A DNA stretch of 59,157 nucleotides, filler included, from Sluysia triapertura (lineage: Eukaryota): NCBI GenBank assembly GCA_046118255.1. It is 5 parts of 5 records of this genome, joined end to end, with 100 filler letters (N's around TTAATTAATTAA, not from the genome) between each part and the next. Parts side by side here need not be neighbours in the genome. Positions count along the whole stretch, not along the records: positions 47,855 to 59,157 come from JBJNIA010186190.1; 4 more parts are not named here. One strand, 5' to 3'. A program made the translations under genes and the position numbers. This document shows positions 52,371 through 59,157 of the stretch, piece by piece. Within the stretch, counting starts at the first letter, position 1. Each line of letters starts with the position of its first letter. The notes under the pieces are model-generated. The model worked only from the letters and a program-made list of their open reading frames with translations. It did no database searches and was not told where the DNA came from.

Positions 52371-55300
52371 TTGTAGACGAAAACCATAGATTTCGTGTTA
52401 GAAATTACAGAATATATTTAGATGACTATATATTTCCCATGACTCTATTTAACATATCTAAATAACTTACAGATAAATGTTTTTAATTTAATGATACTGA
52501 TGATTGTGATAAGGAAGATATTTTTAAAATCTATTTTTGATAAATTATGTAGAAATAAGTGTAATAATTAAACATTTATTAACAATTATTAAACGAAAAC
52601 GCTTTCCATTAATCTGCATTCAAGCGGTTATTCATTGGCTAATATTTTTGAAAAATTTGGTTAAACAGCAAAAATGAAGATCATTTAGATCCAGAAAACT
52701 TTTACCATTACCTGGTTTAAGTTTTTCATCAGAACTTAAATCAAAAAATGATAAATTACTGGTTTTAACTGATCTTGAAAATGAAGTACCAAGTTTAATG
52801 ACATTTGTTTAAAAAAATATGCGAAAGTTGAAAGTAATACTAGTTCATCGTACATAGATATGCAATTGGGCTTTATCACAACTATTACTGTATAATGGCT
52901 TCGAATGGATTTACAATATAAATAAATTAAGTAAATTTGTAAATAAAACAAATACTGATACTGTATGTAGTAAAATAGGTTATGCATTCGATGTATATGA
53001 TAGGTCGAATGACTTACCTTTAGCTCTTGAATATAAATATCCACCAAATTCTAAAGTTAAAAATTATTATTAACTCATGAACCGAAATTTAATTATACAA
53101 TGCAATGGCATATCCTACAAATGTGTATAAAATTAGGATATAAAATTTCGTAGAACAGTTTAATTTAATCAAACTTGTTTTTTAAAAATATATTGTTTAT
53201 AATTGAAATAAGTATAATCAAAGAACAAAACTCCAGAAAAAATCTTTATGGCAAGACTGTAGAGAATTTAAAACGTCTTACTAATGTATGATTTTGTCAT
53301 ATTGCTAAAAACTTAATTATGTATACAAGTAAAACCCATTTTTATTGGGAAAATTAGTATGTTTAGATGGATCAAGTTAAGTAAGACAAATTTTTTAGGA
53401 TTGAGAATGTATAAATTACATTTTGAATAACTAGAAAATTAAAGTCAGCAATTTAATTTTAAGATTGAAATTATGGCTTGTGATGCCGATATTTTCTTTT
53501 CAAAATGCATTAATGCTAAATTTGGATAATTTATTAAATGAAATAAAGATGAATTATAGGATACGTCAAATAATAACATAAACCATACAATGTATAATAC
53601 TAAATTTCAAGATTTAACAAGTAAATTTAAAAACGAAAATCAAGGTAAGGCATAAAATTTTGAATGGATATTTTTGAGGCTCAAATGATACTCTTTATCA
53701 TCTACTACTGCTGAATAAATAAAGCCGAAGGAATCAAAGGCACCAACGTAAGTCATCAAGAACATAATGAATGTTTTGAAAACGGTATCATTTATTCTGC
53801 ATATTAAACCAGAATTTTGTAATATAATATACAATATATAATATAATTATACAATATATAGTATTAATAATATAGTACAATTATATAATATAACCAAGTC
53901 AAAGAAGACTGCACCAACCAACGATGACAACAGGTAAAGAATCAAAGTGCAGCTATGAACGATGATGATGATGATTTTTATGGCGAATTTTATGACTTTT
54001 ATAATTTTCTGATTTTGATGACGATTTTAAATAAATATATGTATTTGTTTTTTCTTGCCGTTAAAGTTTTTAATATTAGTAAATTTTAATATTAGTAAAC
54101 TATAAATTTTTACTAAAATATAGCTTTTAAAGGCATTTAAATATATTAAAGATATGAAGGCAGTTGCCTGTTATTCTTAAAATGTAATAATAGTCTTAAA
54201 TATATGGGTTTTGTGATGTTGATGATTTTCTGTTATTATTTAGTAATATTTAATAATGTTGCGTATTAAATTAATAATAACAATAATCCAATATAATCTA
54301 CATTACTTATATAAAATCTTAAATAATATCACAAATTTTCATATTTTGATAATGATATTTATTCAAAATTACGTTCTTAATTTAAAATAATAAGAAGTCA
54401 GTAATACAATAATAAAAAATCAAATACAAGTTGTTATTGTAATTCTCTGCTAGATCAATAATGTAAGTAAAGTAAACGAAAAGTAACTGAATTTCGAAGT
54501 TAACCATAAAATTTATGACGATATTAGGTCCACCACGATCAATCCAAATAAACAAGAGGCAACGCAACAAACAATAAAATTAAAGAAAAATACAAATATC
54601 TGAAAAAATTGAAATCAATAACTTGGTAGCCGAAAAACTAGCCAGTAATTTGGGCAGGGAGTCTCCCTAAATTCAATTAAAATCAATTTAACAAGAGCTA
54701 AATCAGAAAAAAATTAAACGTTTAAAAATTTGCTCAAAATAACTCCCAACAAAAATCCATGAAAGTCAAATAAAATCAAATGAAATCAATTTAACGTTAA
54801 CTGAACTTTTTCAAAAAAGTATTCAATAATAATAATAACAATAATAATAATATTTACCATAATCACGGATTTTCCCTTCAATACTGTGCGATACGATCAA
54901 TTGTGTTGAAATTTTTTTAAATATTCGTTTCTTATCTCCGTATCGTCCAATCACTTTCAAACTCACAATCAGGAAATACTATTACACTTATCATCAAAAC
55001 CTCTTTAAAAGATTAAACCGACTAAAACGACTTTGACACTTACATGATACGACCTGTCAAGCAAAGTAAAACAATTCAATTAACAATCAACTATTATGTA
55101 TTTCTTCTACTCTACTCGATCTAACAATTATTATTATTATTATGGACATTCTTAAAAATAATGAATTCAACGTTTGTTTTTATAGTTTAATTAATTTTCG
55201 ATTGCTCGCACTTAATTTTTTAATGAAAAATGTTTAAGGTTCTCATTCGCAAACAAACCATTTCACAAACATTTCAACCTTATTTTCGGATTCTCCTATT

Positions 55301-55619
55301 TCATAGCAATCACTCCATACCTAATTCATCATTTCTTCATCATTCTAAAGATGAAAGTTTAATTAAAAATTAATTAAAATTCGACTTTGCTCAATATGGA
55401 GGCTTTCCTCTCATGAACTCGGTCAAACCTTATCTTCATCGGAAGGTCTCTTTAAAACACATACATACATAATTACAGTTTTAACATAGCATTCCTCATT
55501 CAAAAGTTATTCACAAACATAATTTTTCTTAATTAAGTTAATTAAAATTTAAATAATTAATTATATTAATTTATTTTATTCTAAGCTTGAAGTTTCGTTA
55601 TGGTTATAAAGTTGTTAAA

Positions 55620-56115
55620 TACTTTATAAGGTACCCAGAGGCTCTAGATGTTTATGATTCCTTTTTGACTTTTTTATTTCATTTATTAATGTATTAAATT
55701 TATCTTTAATATTATTAACAATGATTTTAATTATTGAACATTTAAAATGTTCCAAACATTTTATAAAGTTAATCGAAGGTCTCAAAGGTCTTCAAAGATT
55801 TTAACAGGTCGCAAATGATCCCAAGGTTCAGAAGTTCAAAGGTATCTTCATACTTCAGAACATCTTTCTAAACCTTACTTAAGTCTTCATAATGGTCTCA
55901 ATACTCTACAAAGGTCTTTGGAACTCCAAGGTATTCTTGGTTTTTAAATGATTATAATCAACTAACTGTTCATTACTCTTGCTCTAGAAATATTTAATTA
56001 TGTTTATATTATCATATTTCAGATATTTTGTATCACTTTTTCTTATATGTATTTTAAATTCTCTTACCTTTTAACCTATTATTTATGCAATAACTGGGCA
56101 ATCCCAACAATAACA
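55620..56115. repeat. Dispersed repeat family copy (see 38055-38330)
   Basis: Shares CTAGATG.TT, ATGATC.CAA.GGT.CA, GTTCAAA and TGGGCAATCCCAACAATA. Confidence 0.6.
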
Positions 56116-59100
56116 GTTAGATTACGATTAGGTGTGTATTATTCGGAAATGCAGATTTCTTCAGACTATCATAAGATTCGAATATCCATCTTTTCTTGTA
56201 TAAATGTGTTTGTGTGATCATGATTAATGCCGTTTAAGGAGATGCATATTTCTTCGTACGGTCATACAATGTTTACAAAATGTACGTAAACTCCGATAAC
56301 CATAGAACTTTCGCAGGCATAACCATGGTAATCACAAAACCATCATTAACAGTACATAATATATCACCTTTTTGTTAAATTATATAAGAATGGTTGGTTG
56401 TCAAATTAAGTGACAGAAAATCATAACACATATTGTAGTAATACGAGACTCATTTTTCTGATTAAAATCGACTAATATTAAACTAAAAATAATTCTCAAC
56501 TTATCAAATCCAAATTCTAACCAAAACCCTATGAAACTAGTCAACCAAACAGAACGATTTAATTCAAAACGAGCTAAGCCCGTGCGAGTAAACCAGGCTC
56601 CGCTCCATACACCCCAATCTATTCCTATCTACTCCATTTTCCTTATTAACTTAATTTTTATTTTCCTTTTCATTTAGTTAATTTAATAGAATATAATAGT
56701 TTCAAAGTTTCCACTTATGAAAATATTAATATGTAATAAGCAAACATTCAAAATTTATTAGAAACAGTTACTTATAAAATATACATTGTAGGAACAAATA
56801 TATTTGTATAATATATCTAATGTATACAAAATTAAAAGGCAACATATTCTCTTGTCTTTAAAAAGTACTTCAATACATCCACGAAATTAAATAGAACAAA
56901 GCACCATCAGAAAACACTTTAGTAAACAGTAAAATATTTTGAAAAAACGAGTTAACACAAAAAAATAAAAAGCAGTATAAAGAAAATATATTTGTAAGTT
57001 CGACATACTTATTTAGCAAAAAGAAAATGATACGATTAAGCGGAAGCACTATAGGAACAAAAAAATATACGATATTAATAAAACAGTAATGAAAACTATT
57101 ATTCACAAATAAACACAACGTGAATGGAAATAAATAAACTATGTAACTAAAAATATATTATACAACGTAATTAACTATTTTAGAGACGATACTGGACATA
57201 TTCACAAAAATGCAAACGAATAACTCTAAATTGAAATCAGCCATACAAATAGAATTATCTATAGAAAGTACATTCTAGAATGAAATTAGTGTATTTATGT
57301 ATAAAACTCACGTTTTACCGGTTTTTCAAATGCATAAACAGGGTACACATCACATGTCCATATAAATTCTTAATCTAACATAATTCATTTTATGTCAGCA
57401 ATAAAATTCATTGTCAAGATAAATCAAAAAAATTAATTTAAAAAGTTTATTCAAATTTTTCTTTTTCACTATCTTTCAGAACTGATAATGACATGACCTC
57501 AAAATGAAGTCCTTTTCATTAAGTCTTTTGTTTTAGTGCCTTCTTACACTATTGTTTTCTGTTCAATGCATAACATTTGAAATTGCACTTTTTTTAAAGA
57601 CCTTACAGTTTTTTATCCATCTGCAATCAATTATATAGTAAGATAAATAAAAAAAATCAATGCATATTATACACAACCAATAACGGTAATACTGATTTAT
57701 ACACTACATGTACTCTTCTAAATCAAAAGAGCAAAATAATTCAAAACATACAATTATTAAATTTATTTTAATAGTTTGCATACGCATTATTACTGAAAAT
57801 CTAAGTCTATTTATAGATTCAATTTGATTTGTCATTCAAGAATTGTGAAATGCAAGTAATAATCAGCTAATTGAATAATGATTACACAATAAAAGGCAAG
57901 AATTACGAGTGCAGGGATTATTTGAAGTTAGGGAACATTACATTAATTTATTTGAAGGATAAGTATTGCGCAATAGAACTTGAGTAATTACAATACCTAA
58001 ATTTCAGTTAATAAATTAAAATAACTCTATAAAATCAAAATCAGAGTAAAGAAAACAAAAATTCTACTTCTCTAAAACGAAAATTTACCGAAGATTAATT
58101 TCGTATTTACTTTCTTTTTGCTTAAATTTTTATTATTGTATTGATTTGTAATAAAATTATATTAACTAAATTCTTGGTTTATTCATTTTATTTAAATTAT
58201 ATAGTGAATTCTGAAATAATAATTTTTGTACACCTTACTTTCATAATGAGATTAATTCTAATGCGATTCGGAATTATTTCAAATCTTTAGAAAATGAACT
58301 CTAAAAAATTTCGATTTAGTAAGCCCACAAGCTAAACAACATTCACAGCTAATAAAAATTTAAAGCTTTCGATAATAGTTAAATTGTCAGTTTGGCATAG
58401 CCGGTAAATATATTTTTAAAATAAACCTTTGGATATTTTTTATAAATGATAAACTATTACAATGTTACTAATTTAAAGCACTAAATCCAGAAGATACAAT
58501 ATAAAAAAACATGCACAATTAATTTGTAAGATTTCATTGTGAAATTACACGTACATTATATAACCTGATATTCAATTTCATTTTTTCCACAAACAATAAT
58601 TTTATAAAATTATACTCGTGCTTTTAAATCTTAAAAAATACATTTTTGATAATATTTACAATACTTTAAAAACTAAATCTTTAAAATATATTCAAATATA
58701 CAGCCACAATTTTCAATGTAACATAATGATGGTTCAAGCCATTCGTTACGCATTGATATATTTGATTCATACATATCTGGTAATTTTACCCTCATTACAA
58801 ATTGTACTAATACATATGACACAAAATATACAAATATGGTTTGAATACAATATATATTCTTAGCCACAAGTAAAAACTAAATATGTAAACTTCACTTAAT
58901 GCACAAACAAAACTAAGACTAAAAATATCAAATACAACCACAAACGTATTATTAATGTGTAAACATTTTAAATTATAATGGAAATTAATTTACGAAATTT
59001 CAATAGCATCAAAAAGTTTCAATTTAAAAAAGTTAAACATTTGAAAGCCCTTACATTGTTAGTGTCAAGTATGTTGCACAATTTTAATAAATTTAAGCTA

Positions 59101-59157
59101 TTAAATATACACGAAAACTTTATATAAAAGATTTTAAAGTATCAACAATCTTATAAA

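Noticed and set aside
56570-56610. Helitron 3' hairpin (GCCCGTGCG...)
   Set aside because: The second arm and terminal CTRR are missing.
57560-57900. THAP domain on the minus strand (VICIDF...RSLKKSAISNV)
   Set aside because: Too degenerate to support without a profile search.

Overview
This is not a prokaryotic locus. It is very AT-rich (roughly 25% GC by eye) eukaryotic, probably invertebrate, nuclear DNA. Five unrelated contigs of about 11-12.5 kb (1-11425, 11526-24035, 24136-35777, 35878-47754, 47855-59157) are joined by an artificial 100-bp linker (N44-TTAATTAATTAA-N44). I see no intact gene. Most of the sequence is decayed mobile DNA: an internally deleted mariner, a full-length TIR-bounded pogo/Tigger element, further pogo, Tc1, maT/rosa-like and piggyBac remnants, L2/CR1-type LINE pieces, a Gypsy gag remnant and (AAT)n microsatellites. 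It also holds isolated host-gene fragments: an MCRS1 FHA exon, an afadin-like Dilute domain, a LIN54/tesmin CXC pseudogene and a ferritin exon. The least explained signals are (i) an array of five palindromic ~22-28 bp repeats with short spacers at 48122-48456, (ii) a four-copy repeat family with a tRNA-like cloverleaf inside a TG-initiated element rather than at its 5' end, and (iii) orphan intronless ORFs interrupted only by in-frame stops, one with a CCCH-like finger. All homology calls come from motif recognition by eye; no searches were run.
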